Notes under the pieces: model-generated
Seen by the model: only the letters and a program-made list of their open reading frames with translations
What the model was told of the DNA's origin: nothing
The model's database searches: none
Translations under genes and position numbers: made by a program
Shown here: positions 13,767 to 26,581 of the stretch, piece after piece
How the letters are laid out: each line of letters begins with the position of its first letter
How positions within the stretch are numbered: the first letter of the stretch is position 1
Source of the DNA: Octopus sinensis
Taxonomy: Eukaryota
DNA: 64,000 bases
Direction: 5' to 3'
NCBI RefSeq assembly: GCF_006345805.1
Contig: NC_043013.1
Span: forward strand, 12,090,001-12,154,000

Positions 13767-14029
13767 TTTGATGATATTCTTTAGTCAGTTTCCTGTTGCT
13801 TGTAATGATTCTCATATTTGTCTTCCATAATAGAAATTTCGCAGAATATATTCAGTTATGTGAGGCATTTATATTTTCAAACTTATGACCGCCTGCACTT
13901 AATCATTTCGAAAAATATGTATTATGGATATATGCATTTCCAATCATCATCGTTACCGACACCATCATCAGATTCATTATCGTTCTCATTACTATTAACA
14001 TTCATGGACTGCTCAGTTCTCTTAATATC

Positions 14030-14300
14030 GATGAGCTTACTCTTTTAATCCCATATATACATCGAAAGAGTTGTTATAATTATTTTCTGAAAGTTAAAGA
14101 GTGTTTCATTGTACCGGGTTTTGAACCTACTTTTGGTCAGGCTATGTAATGTTCCCCATCTCTGTCATCAATTATCGATACATCTTTCAGCTTTCGATAT
14201 ATATTTTGCCAGGTATTTAATGCTCCATTCCTATAACTGCAAGCCCAGAATAATCTCGAAATGTATCTGGCCATGCAGTCATAGGAATGATAAATATTTA
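14030..14300 (-). mobile_element. PLE GIY-YIG endonuclease fragment (Neptune-like)
   Basis: Minus strand, with one 1-nt frameshift, reads QNIYRK...DGEHYI(G)LTKSRFKTRYNE, matching the YIGxT..FKxRYxxH motif. Confidence 0.65.
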
Positions 14301-14504
14301 TGCTCAGTGAATAAATATTTACCATTTTCATCATTGTCATTATGAACGCCTCCACTATCATCATCAGCAACGTCTTCGCCGTTTTGTCATTGTTGTCATC
14401 TTGTCGTCATCTTCAGCACTGATACTTGCATAGCCTCCATCAATATCTTGATGCGGCGACAAAAATTATTGGATGTTAATAGCGCTATCAATGATCATAA
14501 AGTG

Positions 14505-14805
14505 TGGAGGGAAGAAGAAGGAGGAGGAGGAGGAGAAAGAGGAGGAGAAAGAGGAGGAGAAGAAGGAGGAAGAGGAAGAAGAAGGAGGAGAGGAGGAGGA
14601 GAAGAAGAAGAAGAAGAAGAAGAGAAGAAGAAGAGATGGAGGAGGAGGAGGAGGAGGAGGAGAGAAGAAGAAGGAGGGGGAAGTGGAGAAGAAAAAAGAA
14701 AAAGAAGAAGAAAGAGAAGAAGAAGAAGAAGAAGAAAGAGAAGAAGAAGAAGAAGAAGAAGAAGAAGAAGAAGAAGAAAGAGAAGAAGAAGAAGAAGAAA
14801 GAGAA

Positions 14806-14837
<32 letters not shown>

Positions 14838-14875
14838 AGAGGAAGAAGAAGAAAGAGGAGGAGAAGAAGAAGATG
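14505..14875. repeat. (GAA/GGA)n purine microsatellite
   Basis: Seen directly; source of the Arg/Glu/Lys-rich ORFs. Confidence 0.95.
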
Positions 14876-15347
14876 TGGTGAAGACTATTGTATACGTCTT
14901 CTGGGAGATATCGCTGATATTGCTATCAGATTCATTACTATTCAGGGTTACCCAATGTGTATGAAGGTAAACTGAAAATGTGTTTGCTGAAAAAGTACAA
15001 TTTAATTGTTTTCTGCTGTCGTCTTAGAATGAAACTCTGACTATAAAATCTATTAGGATCTCACATAAATTCGTTCCCTTTTTTCTTCTTCTATTTGATA
15101 CTCCATGGCCATATGTCTGGAAAGAAATAACATTTATGCAAATTTCAAAAACACAACATTTTTTTGAGAAGGAATAGAGTTACAAAGAAAAACATAAAGG
15201 ACTGTATTTAAAATATTTGTTGTGTCAATTCAATCGACATTTGAAAGGATTAAAATAAAAGGAATAAAAGGTTGGTTGGTGGATAAATAAGCCAAAGGAT
15301 TTTTCTGACAACCTAATATTTGCTATTTATATGCATTGAGACCGGAA

Positions 15348-15665
15348 GTGCAATGGCCCAGTGGTTAGGGTAGGTGACTCGCGGTCGGAGGATCGCAGTT
15401 TCAATTTCCAGACAGAGCGTTGTGTGTGTTTTTTCTACAAAAACACCTAAAGCTCCATGAGGCTCCGGCAGGGGGTGGTGGCGACCCCTGTTGTACTCAT
15501 TCATCCCAAACTTCTCTCACTCTCTCTTCCTGTTTCTTGAGTAACGCTGCGATATACAGGTGTCCCGTCCAGCTGGTGGGGGAGGAACACATACGCCACA
15601 GAAACCGGGAAACCGGGCCCATGAGCCTGGCTGGCTAGGTTTGAAAAGGGCGCATAAAAAATATA
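15348..15665 (+). mobile_element. SINE-D (tRNA-like head)
   Basis: A-box TGGCCCAGTGG, B-box-like GTTTCAATTTCC; the 3' GTCCCGTCCAG...CCACAGAAACCGGGAAACCGGGCCCATGAGCC segment resembles V-domain SINEs (from memory, unverified). Confidence 0.7.
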
Positions 15666-16379
15666 CATTGAGAAACGATTTCGAAACAATTGTTTTATAG
15701 ACTTCGCGAGACAAGGGTCTCTTCAATAGTGAAAAACCAGTCATTGACTGCATATACGTATCAAAGTAAGAATCAACGAAGGAGACACTCGAGTCAGTCA
15801 CTGCATTATCCGCTAGCAATATGCAACATATACACCACAAATTATATTATATCATTTTACACACGGAGTGATATTCCCGATAATGTAATTCTAACTACAT
15901 AAAACAGAAGGACAAATGAGAGCTTCGTGCTCTTAACACGTTTGATCATAGGTCTACTGCATCTTTCGGTACAAGCCTAGGGCTATAAAATAATAGCAAA
16001 TACACTGAGGCTTCAGAAACTAATGATTTCATTATAAGAAATCTGAAGTTCGATGAATAGTATTCCATTGAATTCTGGAGAAAAAAAATGGGATTGCTTT
16101 ATATTGTTGTTTGCGGTAATGTGGTGTCTAAAATATAATTTTCTGTTGATTCATCAGAAAATCAAAAAGATACAGATGAAATTTGTAACACGGATAAGAA
16201 ATTATGTGAGAGAAAAAAGCTAATACAATACAGAATAAGTGAATAAGAAATATTAAGATAGACATTATACACTGAAAGTTACTGATGTATATAGCAATGT
16301 ATATGTCTGTCTGTCTCCCCCTCTCTCTCTTTCTCTGTGTCAACCTATCTCTCTTTGTCAATATCTATGTAAGGAAACA

Positions 16380-16460
16380 AATATATATATATATATTTAT
16401 ATATGTGTATACATATACCCATACATATATACTCTTTACTCTCTCTTTTACTCTTTTACG

Positions 16461-16499
<39 letters not shown>

Positions 16500-16805
16500 G
16501 TATATATAATGATATATATACATATATCATTTATACATAATATATATTATATATATATATATAATATATAATATATATATATATATACATGCAGGCATAC
16601 ATGTATACACACACAATGCATATAGACGTAAGTATAATGTAATAAAATATATTACATTATATATTATATTTACATATTTATATACGTATGTTATATGAGT
16701 ATGTCGATATGCACATGTGCGTGCGTATGCGTCGAAACATGTCCATTTATAAATACACAAACACATACACACATATTATATATAGATATATATATATATA
16801 TAAAT
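16380..16805. repeat. (TA)n-rich tract
   Basis: Seen directly. Confidence 0.9.
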
Positions 16806-17159
16806 TACTGTCATCACTAGCAAGAGAGTTCTAATAGGTAGCGTTTGTCATACTTTCGTTACTGCTTCAGTGCCTATGTATCTGAAAGCAGACATAGACG
16901 CACACTCGCCCCGCCAGCCTTTCACTCACATGAGCATTCTTGTTAGGACAGCTTGATGAACAGAGAGTTATACTACTATGAGAATAGAACTCCTTTCATT
17001 GGGGTTAACTAGAGTAACATGAAATGAAATAGCTAACTGAAGAGCACAACTTAAAACCTAACCCAGAAACCCAATCTGTGATTTAAGATTGTGGTCTTAT
17101 CCGTTTGGTCATATTATAAACGCTCCTAGTTGGTTTAAACAATTAATCTAAAGAAGAAG

Positions 17160-17625
17160 AGGAAATACCATCCAGAGCCAGTCACTGAAAGAGAGAATGT
17201 TACAATCTTATAAGATTATGGGATACATACAGACAAGCAAATAGATGATAACAGGCCAGACATCGTCATTAAATATATAAGACAAAAGACATGCTCGTTA
17301 ATTGATATGAGAGTGCCTAATGAAAGAAACATCTCCGAAAAAGAATTTGAAAACATTCGAAATACAATGACTTTCAGTCTGAGGTATCAAAGACGTAGTA
17401 TTTTAAAACCAAAACCATTTTTGTTCATGTGGGTGCTCTAGCAATGATCAAGAAAGATACTGACAATATTTTTGATCAGATTCCATGAAAACTAACAACC
17501 TATGAGACTAAAGAATTGTTCTGACATCAAACATCCACTTTCTCAAGAATTTCCTGCCATCAAAATTATACGCGCCTTAGTTTTCTGATTGAGAACGGGA
17601 CAGATGAAATTAAATGCTAAGCAAT
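17160..17625 (+). mobile_element. R4/Dong-like LINE 3' fragment (REL endonuclease)
   Basis: YHPEPVTERENVTIL*DYGIHTDKQIDDNRPDIVIK...CSLIDMRVP; ends in AGAAT-(ACT)n. Confidence 0.8.
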
Positions 17626-17630
17626 AGAAT

Positions 17631-17656
17631 ACTACTACTACTACTACTACTACTAC

Positions 17657-17690
<34 letters not shown>

Positions 17691-17800
17691 TAGTAGTAGT
17701 AGTAGTAGTAAGTAGTGGTGGTAATAATAATAATAATAATAATACCACCACCGCCACGACAACAACTGCTACTAACAAGAAGAAGAAGAAGAAGAAAAGT
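17631..17800. repeat. (CTA)n|(TAG)n inverted microsatellite plus TAA/AAG runs
   Basis: Palindromic junction ACTAGT at 17655-17660. Confidence 0.9.
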
Positions 17801-17854
17801 CTTGATGTAGTACAAGACACTGGGTCTCATGGCTTCTGATCTTTAGTATCAAAA

Positions 17855-18010
17855 AATCGACAGGACGCTGGTCAGTCGCAGAATTACTTATTTTTGTCAG
17901 CTCAGCGCACTAGAGCAACATCAAATGAAATCTTTTGCTCAAGAATACAACGCGTCGCGCGGCCCAAGAATCAAACCCACAATCTTGCGGTTATGCGTCC
18001 AACACCCTAA
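17855..18010 (-). mobile_element. SINE-C, diverged copy
   Basis: Reverse complement gives a tRNA-like head and a TTCTTGAGCAAAAGATTTC core similar to 27190-27511. Confidence 0.6.
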
Positions 18011-18119
18011 GCTGTAAGTCACGTGCTTCCAGTGTTAGCAATAGTATTAATGAGAATAATAGGTGAAAGCTGTACAAATGAAAAAAATATGATAACAGTA
18101 GTAACAGTGGTGGCGGCAC

Positions 18120-18525
18120 GACCAGGTGGTAAATGTTATACTCTGGAAACTGTGCATGAAATGGGGATTTGTAGCTGGAAACACATGGTAAAATCATCGA
18201 GTCGAAAGAGTACTAGAATCGGAGAGATGTAAGCTATTGTGGGACTTCTCTATTCAAACAGGACAAGGAACTAGAAAATAGTAGACTACACATAATGATT
18301 ATAGATAAGGAACAGCGAAGTTGCTTATTTACCGACCCTTCATGCTCGTTTGATTTCAGGAAAGAGGAAGGGAGAAAAAAGTATACAATGCCTTAAAATT
18401 TGAAATAGGAAGACTTTGGAGCATGCGAACAGCAAAGGCTGAGATCATAATAATTGGTGGGTTGGGAACAGTAAACCTAGATATAGACAAATGGCTGAAG
18501 GAGATTGAAAATATTATTGGAGATT
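18120..18525 (+). mobile_element. R4/Dong-like LINE fragment
   Basis: ILWKLCMKWGF...RVLESERCKLLWDFSIQT, later IIGGLGTV; followed directly by (AAT)n. Confidence 0.75.
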
Positions 18526-18543
18526 GAATAATAATAATAATAA

Positions 18544-18599
<56 letters not shown>

Positions 18600-18621
18600 T
18601 AATAATTATAATAGTAATAGC

Positions 18622-18690
<69 letters not shown>

Positions 18691-18705
18691 ATCATTATTA
18701 TTATT

Positions 18706-18790
18706 GTGTGAGAAAGCAGTGCATACCATCAAAGTGACACTAGGGTACAAATATACGAAGCTCAATACACCCATCATGACTACCCGTCTG
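18706..18790 (-). mobile_element. NA570 3' stub (85 bp)
   Basis: Matches the terminal segment of 31535-32105; adjacent to (ATT)n on plus. Confidence 0.8.
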
Positions 18791-18989
18791 TCGAAATGTA
18801 GAGCTCCTACAGAAGGTTGGTCTCTTACAGACAGCAAGGAATATTTGGCGGGTGTTAAGCACTTGAAACACTGCTGAAAACGTGTGGATACCTAAGGTTA
18901 CATGTAGTAACCCACTTCGACATAGTTCCTACAAGGAATAAGACCAAAACTGAGCCAAACCATAATAATAATAATAATAATAATGATTC

Positions 18990-19288
<299 letters not shown>

Positions 19289-19304
19289 ATAATAATAATA
19301 ATAA

Positions 19305-19491
19305 TGGTTTCAAATTTTGGCACAAGGGCAGCCATTTTGAGGAAGAGTATCAGTCAATTTCATCGCTCCCAGTGGTTCACTGATATTTAATTTATTGACT
19401 CCGAAAGGATGAAAGGCAAAGTCGACCTCGGCGGAATTTCAACTCAGAACGTAGCGACAGACGAAATAACGCTAAGTATTTCGCCCGGCAC

Positions 19492-19495
<4 letters not shown>
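19305..19495 (-). mobile_element. SINE-A
   Basis: GAAAGGATGAAAGGCAAAGTCGACCTCGGCGGAATTT core. Confidence 0.85.
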
Positions 19496-19530
<35 letters not shown>

Positions 19531-19556
19531 TAATAATAATAATAATAATAATAATA

Positions 19557-20096
19557 AATCATATTATCTTAGCTGCCCAGTCCTGGCTAAGAAGAATATA
19601 TTCACAGACATGACAGAGTTGGAACCTACATACATTGGAAGCTATGCCAACATTATGGAATAACAACAGAAAAAAGATGGTATAGGCACACACCAGAAAA
19701 GGTCACAGAAACGAGAGAAAGCAACCATACTCTGGGATATGCCCGATACACACAGATAGAGAAATTAAGGCCAACAGACCAGATATAGTTGTCAGAGATC
19801 ATGAAGAAAAAAAATGCTTTCTAATTGATGTATCAATACCAGCAGATGACAACGTGTCTCTAAAAGAAATGGAGAAACTCTCAAAATACAAAGACCTGGA
19901 AATAGAGGTAACTAGAGGTAACTTACAAACACATATAACATACAGAAAATTGCACTGCTAGGCACTGCACACATCCTGCGCAGAACACTTTCCATATAAT
20001 AACCATCAGAGCATCACAACAAATCACAGCACATACCCAAGGCACACAGAGCTGCGCTCGGTAGTGAAGTGAAAGCACGCTATAAAAATAAAACTA

Positions 20097-20100
<4 letters not shown>
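19557..20100 (+). mobile_element. R4/Dong-like LINE 3' fragment with 3' UTR
   Basis: HRHDRVGTYIHWKLCQHYG...DREIKANRPDIVVRD...LIDVSIPADDNVSLKEMEKLSKYKDLEIE...LGTAHILRRTLSI*; (AAT)n on both sides. Confidence 0.92.
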
Positions 20101-20190
<90 letters not shown>

Positions 20191-20224
20191 GCAACAACAA
20201 CAACAACAATAATAATAGTACAAA

Positions 20225-20550
20225 TAGAAAGAAGAAAAAAACTGACCAACTAAAACGTTTTGAAGTGGGAAATACGCATGTTGTGGTCAATGAGGAGAAC
20301 TGACATGATACCAATAGCAATTGGTGAACTTGGAAATATCATCACTCGATTACCAATATGAGTAAAAAACGATTGTGTACAATTATAACGGTAGAACACA
20401 TACGTAAATGAGCATTGCTTGAAGTTGCAAGAATTCTTCACTGGATTCTTGAAGCATGACCAGTAAAAACAGTGTCACCTTAGTCTGCTGACTGTGGACA
20501 GCTGACACTTTTCTTTATGCCCTGTAAAATAACCTGTGAGTTTTCATCAA
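20225..20550 (+). mobile_element. R4/Dong-like LINE extreme 3' end (diverged subfamily)
   Basis: IPIAIGELG...ALLEVARILHWILEA*, a short UTR, then (AAT)n. Confidence 0.65.
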
Positions 20551-20587
20551 ATAATAATAATAATTATTATTATTATTATTATTATTA

Positions 20588-20634
<47 letters not shown>

Positions 20635-20636
<2 letters not shown>

Positions 20637-21005
20637 TCAAATTTTGGCACAAAGTCAGTAAGTTCGGAGATCACATCGACCTCAGTACTCATCTGGTAAT
20701 TATTTTATCAACTGCGAAAGGATGGAAGGCAAAGATGACCCCGGCGGAATTTGAACTCAGAACGTGAAGACGGACGAAATGCAGCTACACATTCTGCTAA
20801 CTCACCGCCTTCATAATAATGATACTAATAATTCTTTCTACTATAGGTACAAGGCGTGAAATTTGGGCGATGTGGTAGTCGATTACACTGACATCAATAC
20901 TCAACTGACACTTATTTCATCGACCCCGAAAGAATGAAAGGCAAAGTCGACCTTGACGAAATTCGAACGCATAAATCAAAGACGGGCAAAATGCCGCTAA
21001 GCTAA
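20635..21005 (-). mobile_element. Two tandem SINE-A copies
   Basis: Two GAAAG(G/A)ATG(G/A)AAGGCAAAG cores at about 20717 and 20929. Confidence 0.8.
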
Positions 21006-21341
21006 TAATGTTGGGGCAGACATATATGGCGAAGCAGTCAGTTTTTATTTTGTTCACTTGACAGATAAACAGATAAAATATATTTATCTATTATTTATTA
21101 TTTTTTTTTACTCTACTCGGTGAGCTGTGGAGTTGCTGGGCCACTGCCATTAATGCATTCCAATGCTGGGAATCGAATATAACCCGCTTGGATGAAAGCC
21201 AGGAATTCTAACATGTCAGCAGAATATATCTTTTAAAGAAAAACTGCTGTTATTTCTCAATATAATGGTTGGTATTGATTTTGTCTTTTCCATCAGCTAC
21301 TTTAATTGTAACAATCTAAATATTTCAATTTTTCGTTTGTA

Positions 21342-21398
<57 letters not shown>

Positions 21399-21399
21399 T

Positions 21400-21500
21400 T
21401 TTTCCTTCTTTCTTCAAATTTTCTTCCGTTTCTCGCCGGGTGTTTTCCGTACACCTAGAGCAGAGAAGCTCATTGTATGCATTCCCAGATTCCCTCCCCC
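21400..21500 (-). mobile_element. Probable Dong-like 3' UTR stub
   Basis: Homologous to 30495-30575 and 45415-45490; abuts (ATT)n. Dong origin is inferred from tail and position. Confidence 0.6.
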
Positions 21501-21594
21501 AAAAAAATTCACAGATAAAATATGTATTTAAAAAATTAATAAATAAATAAATTCATGAATGGATGTTGTTTTCACAGCGATAATGCTCTTATTG

Positions 21595-21670
<76 letters not shown>

Positions 21671-21684
21671 TTTTATTGTTATTC

Positions 21685-21768
21685 AGTGAGAAAGCAGTGC
21701 ATGCCATCAAAGTGACACTAGGGTACAAATATACGAAGCACAATATACCCATCATGACTACCCGTCTG
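21685..21768 (-). mobile_element. NA570 3' stub (84 bp)
   Basis: Same extent and diagnostic bases as 18706-18790. Confidence 0.8.
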
Positions 21769-21769
21769 A

Positions 21770-21900
21770 CGAAATGCTTAGCGACGTTCCATCCGTCTGT
21801 ACCTTCTGAATCGAATTATTGCCGCGGTCGACGTTACCTTTGATCCTTTCGGGGTTGTTAAAATATGTACTAGATGAGTACTGGGATAGATACAATCGAA
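21770..21900 (+). mobile_element. SINE-A, diverged, head missing
   Basis: GAAATGCTTAGCG...GGTCGACGTTACCTTTGATCCTTTCGGGG. Confidence 0.65.
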
Positions 21901-22110
21901 TAGACACTTCCCCTATTATTCCAGGATCTGTACCTCTCGTATGTGAGATAGTACTAATAATTCCCCAAACTCCAACAACAACATGTAGAATACTTACCTT
22001 CTTCAGTGACCACAAGTCTTTTTATCTTCCATATCAAATCATCAAATTTCTCCAGCTTCTCTTCTCTTTCCAAAACTCTGTCATCACCAGAACATTCTTT
22101 ATTCAAAACA
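21900..22110 (-). mobile_element. R4/Dong-like REL C-terminal fragment
   Basis: GDDRVLERE-EKLEKFDDL.W.IKRL / WSLKKVSILHVVVGVWG. Confidence 0.65.
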
Positions 22111-22369
22111 ACTGAGCATGAGCCTTTAGAATGAAAGGGCACAACAGAGAGAAAGCACCTGTTTTAGCGGTCAGGGAAAGTGTGGTTTTGTGGGGTTTCC
22201 ACGAGTATCCCGCGCAATTTTGGGGTATTTATTCATCATTAAAACTGTTACTGTTATTTTTCTCTTAACTAGAACTTTCATGTAACACCACGTATTATCG
22301 TCCTGTAAGGTCTTGTCTCTTTGTAAAGCCCTAGTGATTAATAAGGAAACGATTATTATCATTATCATA

Positions 22370-22480
22370 CCGGCAAGGTGGCAGAATCGTTAGCACTCCG
22401 GTCAAAAGGTGGTATCTTGTACCTCTTCATGTTGTGATTTCAAATTCCGCCGGGGTTAACTTAACTTTTCTCTCCCTGTG
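22370..22480 (+). mobile_element. SINE-A 5' fragment
   Basis: GGTGGCAGAATCGTTAGCAC...TTCAAATTCCGCCG. Confidence 0.6.
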
Positions 22481-22519
22481 AAAGCATACAAAACGAACAG
22501 CCAATGAAATGTATATATA

Positions 22520-22920
22520 TATATATTTGTTTCAGTCATGTGACTGTGGCCATGCTGGAGCACCGCCTTTAGTCGATCAAATCGACCCCAGGACTTATTC
22601 CTTGTAAACATCGTACTTATTCTGTATGTCACTTTTGCCAAACCGCTAAGTTACGGGGACGTAAAAACACAAGCATCGGTTGTCAAGCCATGTGGGGGGG
22701 GGACAAACACAGACACTCAAACACATACACACACATACAATTACACATATATACATAATTACGACGGGCTTTTTTCAGTTTCTGCCTACCAAATCCACTC
22801 ACAAGTCTTTGGTCGGCCCGAGGCTATAGTTGAAGACACTTGCCCAAAGTGCTTCGCAGAGGGAATGAACCCGGAACTATGTGGTTCGTAAGCAAGCTAC
22901 TTACCTCACAACCACTCTTA
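22520..22920 (-). mobile_element. SINE-B, full length
   Basis: Collinear with 2717-3172. Confidence 0.9.
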
Positions 22921-23329
22921 ATATATATACATATATAAATACATTTAAATTTGCATTTATGCATATATGTATGTTTGTAAGGAGTATGTGGAGGGAATGA
23001 GAGAGTTCATATGTATATATATATATATTATATATATATATATATACTACGAATGATTAATGACAGGATGACAAAAATGCCTGCGATCATGGCTGCTGCC
23101 CAATCAGGGCTATCTTGGAGCTAAACGACAACAAAATTTCAACGGCAAGAACAAAAACTATCATAAATAATAATTAATAAATAAATGTGTCTTTGTGTTC
23201 AAGCAGAAGAAATCAATATTTCTGGCTCTAAGACAATTCTATGAAACTATTTATAACACACGACGACACCAGCATCAACGACAATAGCATCAACAGCAAA
23301 AACAACGATGACGATGAAACATATATATA

Positions 23330-23338
23330 TATATTATA

Positions 23339-23391
<53 letters not shown>

Positions 23392-23420
23392 ATATATATA
23401 TAATATATATTATTATATAT

Positions 23421-23466
<46 letters not shown>

Positions 23467-23486
23467 ATATATAGTATATATATATG

Positions 23487-23518
<32 letters not shown>

Positions 23519-23816
23519 CATATGTGTGTGTGTGTGTCTATATATATATACATAAATGTGTGTGTGTGTATGCATGTAGATATCTATATATATATATGAA
23601 AATAAGAGACAAAATAAAATTGACAAAAAAAATAACGTACGATGGTTTCGTTAGCATCTGAGGAAAGGGACAAGAGCAATGGCGGCAACGAAAAAGCAAC
23701 CACGACAATGGCGGCAGCCACAGTGTTGACTGCGACAATAATGGCAACGATGCACCACAAATGGAAGACGACGAAAACGAATAAGAAAATAAATAAATAA
23801 ATAAATATATATGTAC

Positions 23817-23853
<37 letters not shown>

Positions 23854-24400
23854 TGATGTGGACGAGTTATATACTGAATCAGAATCGTGATGTCTTAAAG
23901 CATTTGATCGCTTTCAGTCGGCTTCACTTCGCTCCGTTCCGTTCGTTTCCGTTCAGTTCCGCTGTGGCGTGACGAAGTGGTTATTGGTAATCTTTGATAA
24001 TCTCAACTACAGTCTGCTGCACACAGAGGCACGGTTTACCTAATTCGGGTATCATGAAATCACTTTGTCACACTTGCCTTGTTTTCTATGTTGATACACA
24101 CACACATTTACTCAGATATACACTCATAGATATACCCACGCATGCACATACACGTACACGTACATACACACAAATAATATATGGGCATTCATACACACAC
24201 GAATACATAGACATACTAGCTATACGCAAAGCGTGTAGGTATGCATATATATATATATATATGTATGTATACTTGATTGTTGTATATATACGTCTATGTA
24301 TGAAAATATATGAGACTGCAGGCACCTGAGGGGCGTATTCATACACGCACACACACACACACACACCACACATATATATATATATTCATGTATATATATA

Positions 24401-24438
<38 letters not shown>

Positions 24439-24532
24439 GTATATTCATATATATACGTATTTATATATATACATATATATACACACACTCATACGTACAT
24501 ATATACGCACATACACACACACACATATATAT

Positions 24533-24618
<86 letters not shown>

Positions 24619-24620
24619 CA
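23330..24620. repeat. (TA)n/(CA)n/(TG)n tracts with short unique interruptions
   Basis: Seen directly. Confidence 0.85.
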
Positions 24621-24814
24621 CGAAGAGAGAAAAACGTGTTTCTACATATGTCTATATGTCTGTGTGTCTGTATGTATGTATTTATGTATTATATATCAGT
24701 CTGAACACAACGGTTCTTGTCCGACTACCAAAATTAAGTAATGCGGAGTTTACTTGGAACATAGAGGTATGGGTGACGGGAAAAAAAAACCTAGTCGCTA
24801 TAAACATCTTTAAG

Positions 24815-24920
24815 TTATGCGTAGACATGACTCTCTGGTTAAGAACCACATAACTCCCGGTTCGTACCCACTAAGCAGTGCTTTGGGCAAGTGTCTCCTT
24901 CTATAACTTCATGCTGATCA
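24815..24920 (+). mobile_element. SINE-B head fragment
   Basis: AACCACAT...CCCGGTTCGTACCCACT...TTGGGCAAGTGTCT. Confidence 0.6.
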
Positions 24921-24978
24921 ATACTGAAAATTTAGTTGCCAGGAACTGTGCAAAAGCTAATCGGATGATGCACACACA

Positions 24979-25015
<37 letters not shown>

Positions 25016-25087
25016 CACACACACATATACACACACACATACATACACATACACAAATGTATATATAGCTATATGCATATGGTTATT

Positions 25088-26305
25088 TACGTGGGATGTT
25101 CATAAAAATATTTCCACTGACCCATTTGCCAAGGACTGGAATAAATGATACTTAGTGTAGTTATTTGTCCTTCTCTTCATAGCCGCCACCAGTGGTGACA
25201 CACTTCTCCTATCGCCTAACGCAGCTGTGAAGACATCGTCTGTAGAAGTCGGTAGATTACGTCTGGAGCCAAGACCATACTTCGGAAATAAGTTCAACAT
25301 TATCCGAAAATTGCTTCCCCTTCAAGAACGTCTTCAGGGTTTCATGGCTGTAGGAGTGTGCTTTCATCAGGGCAACATGCGCATTGTGAGCTGGGAAGTT
25401 GTCTTGGGGGAGGTGGACTCCTTTGGTCAGCATGCCACGCCTCCCTGCTTTAAAGGCGTCCCGCAATATCCACAGCAGAGAGGCATATGTCCCGTTAATC
25501 GTGGTGTCTTTGCCAGAAAATCCATCATCACAACTCCACGCATGTCCCAAAAGACTGTGTGCAACACCTTGCCTCCTGAGGTTTGGACACGAGCCTTTTT
25601 AGAGGTGGTGAGTCAACATACTTCCATTGTTTAGACTGGACTTTAGTCTCAGAATCATAGTCCTGGACCCATGTTTCATGCTATGTGATAAGTCTGCCGA
25701 AAAAGTCTTCCTCGTCTTCTTGGCACATTGCCAAAAGAGCCCGGGATAATTGATTCGTTCCTGCTTCTGAAAAGGTGTGAGAATCCGGGGAATCCATCGA
25801 GAGGACAACTTCCGCATGTGCAAATGGTCGTGAATAATTTTTTCCTCTACCCATCTTCACTTCTTGGGCTAGTTGCCGAATAGTTGTGACGCGATCCACC
25901 AAATTAACGGTTTCCATTTTATAGAAGTTTCCGTCATAAATGGCGGAATGTGGTCGTCCAGAAACAGGTGCAGTTTCCACCGATGTCCGACCACATTTCA
26001 ACTGCCGATGGCAGTGACTGACCACGTCGTGTGATGGTGCATCGTCACCATAAAGTTCTTTCATCTCATCAAAGGACTTTTTGGCGAAGGACCTTTCAAG
26101 TATAAGAACCTGATTACAGATCTGCATTCAACTACCTCCATCATAACACCTTTGTCCAATACAGCACTCGTAAAAGTCAAATGAATACTAGCGGAAAACT
26201 GAAATTTACAACGTGACATGTAGAGACATGTATAATTATACTTGTACAAGTTCCGTTTCCTGTAATGACAGGAATTTGGTCAGAAGAAAAATTTCGTGTG
26301 TGTAT
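25088..26305 (-). mobile_element. Decayed mariner (Tc1/mariner) transposon with transposase pseudogene
   Basis: RSVIRFLYLKG, EMKELYGDDAPS...GRTSV...SGRP (HTH), RWIPRIL (WVPHEL-like), HETWV, QDN, and C-terminal DFYRR...EKCV..GGGYEEK; frameshifts and an internal deletion; only partly matching TIRs at TA. Confidence 0.9.
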
Positions 26306-26343
26306 ATATATCTATATGTATATGTGTGTACATATATATTGCG

Positions 26344-26389
<46 letters not shown>

Positions 26390-26540
26390 TAGGTGCAATC
26401 GTGGCTGTGTGGTAAGAACCTTGTTTCCAAACCACATGGTTCCGGGTTCAGTTCTGCTGCGTGCCAGCTTTAGCAAGTCTGTTCTTGCATAGCCTGGGGC
26501 TGACCAAAGCTTTGGGAGTGCATTCGGTAGACGGAAGCTA
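26390..26540 (+). mobile_element. SINE-B 5' half
   Basis: GTGGCTGTGTGGTAAG...CCACATGGTTCCGGGTTCAGTT. Confidence 0.8.
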
Positions 26541-26543
26541 CAC

Positions 26544-26581
<38 letters not shown>

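Noticed and set aside
14448-14975. Arg/Glu/Lys-rich ORFs resembling protamine or acidic proteins
   Set aside because: Entirely explained by the (GAA/GGA)n tract.
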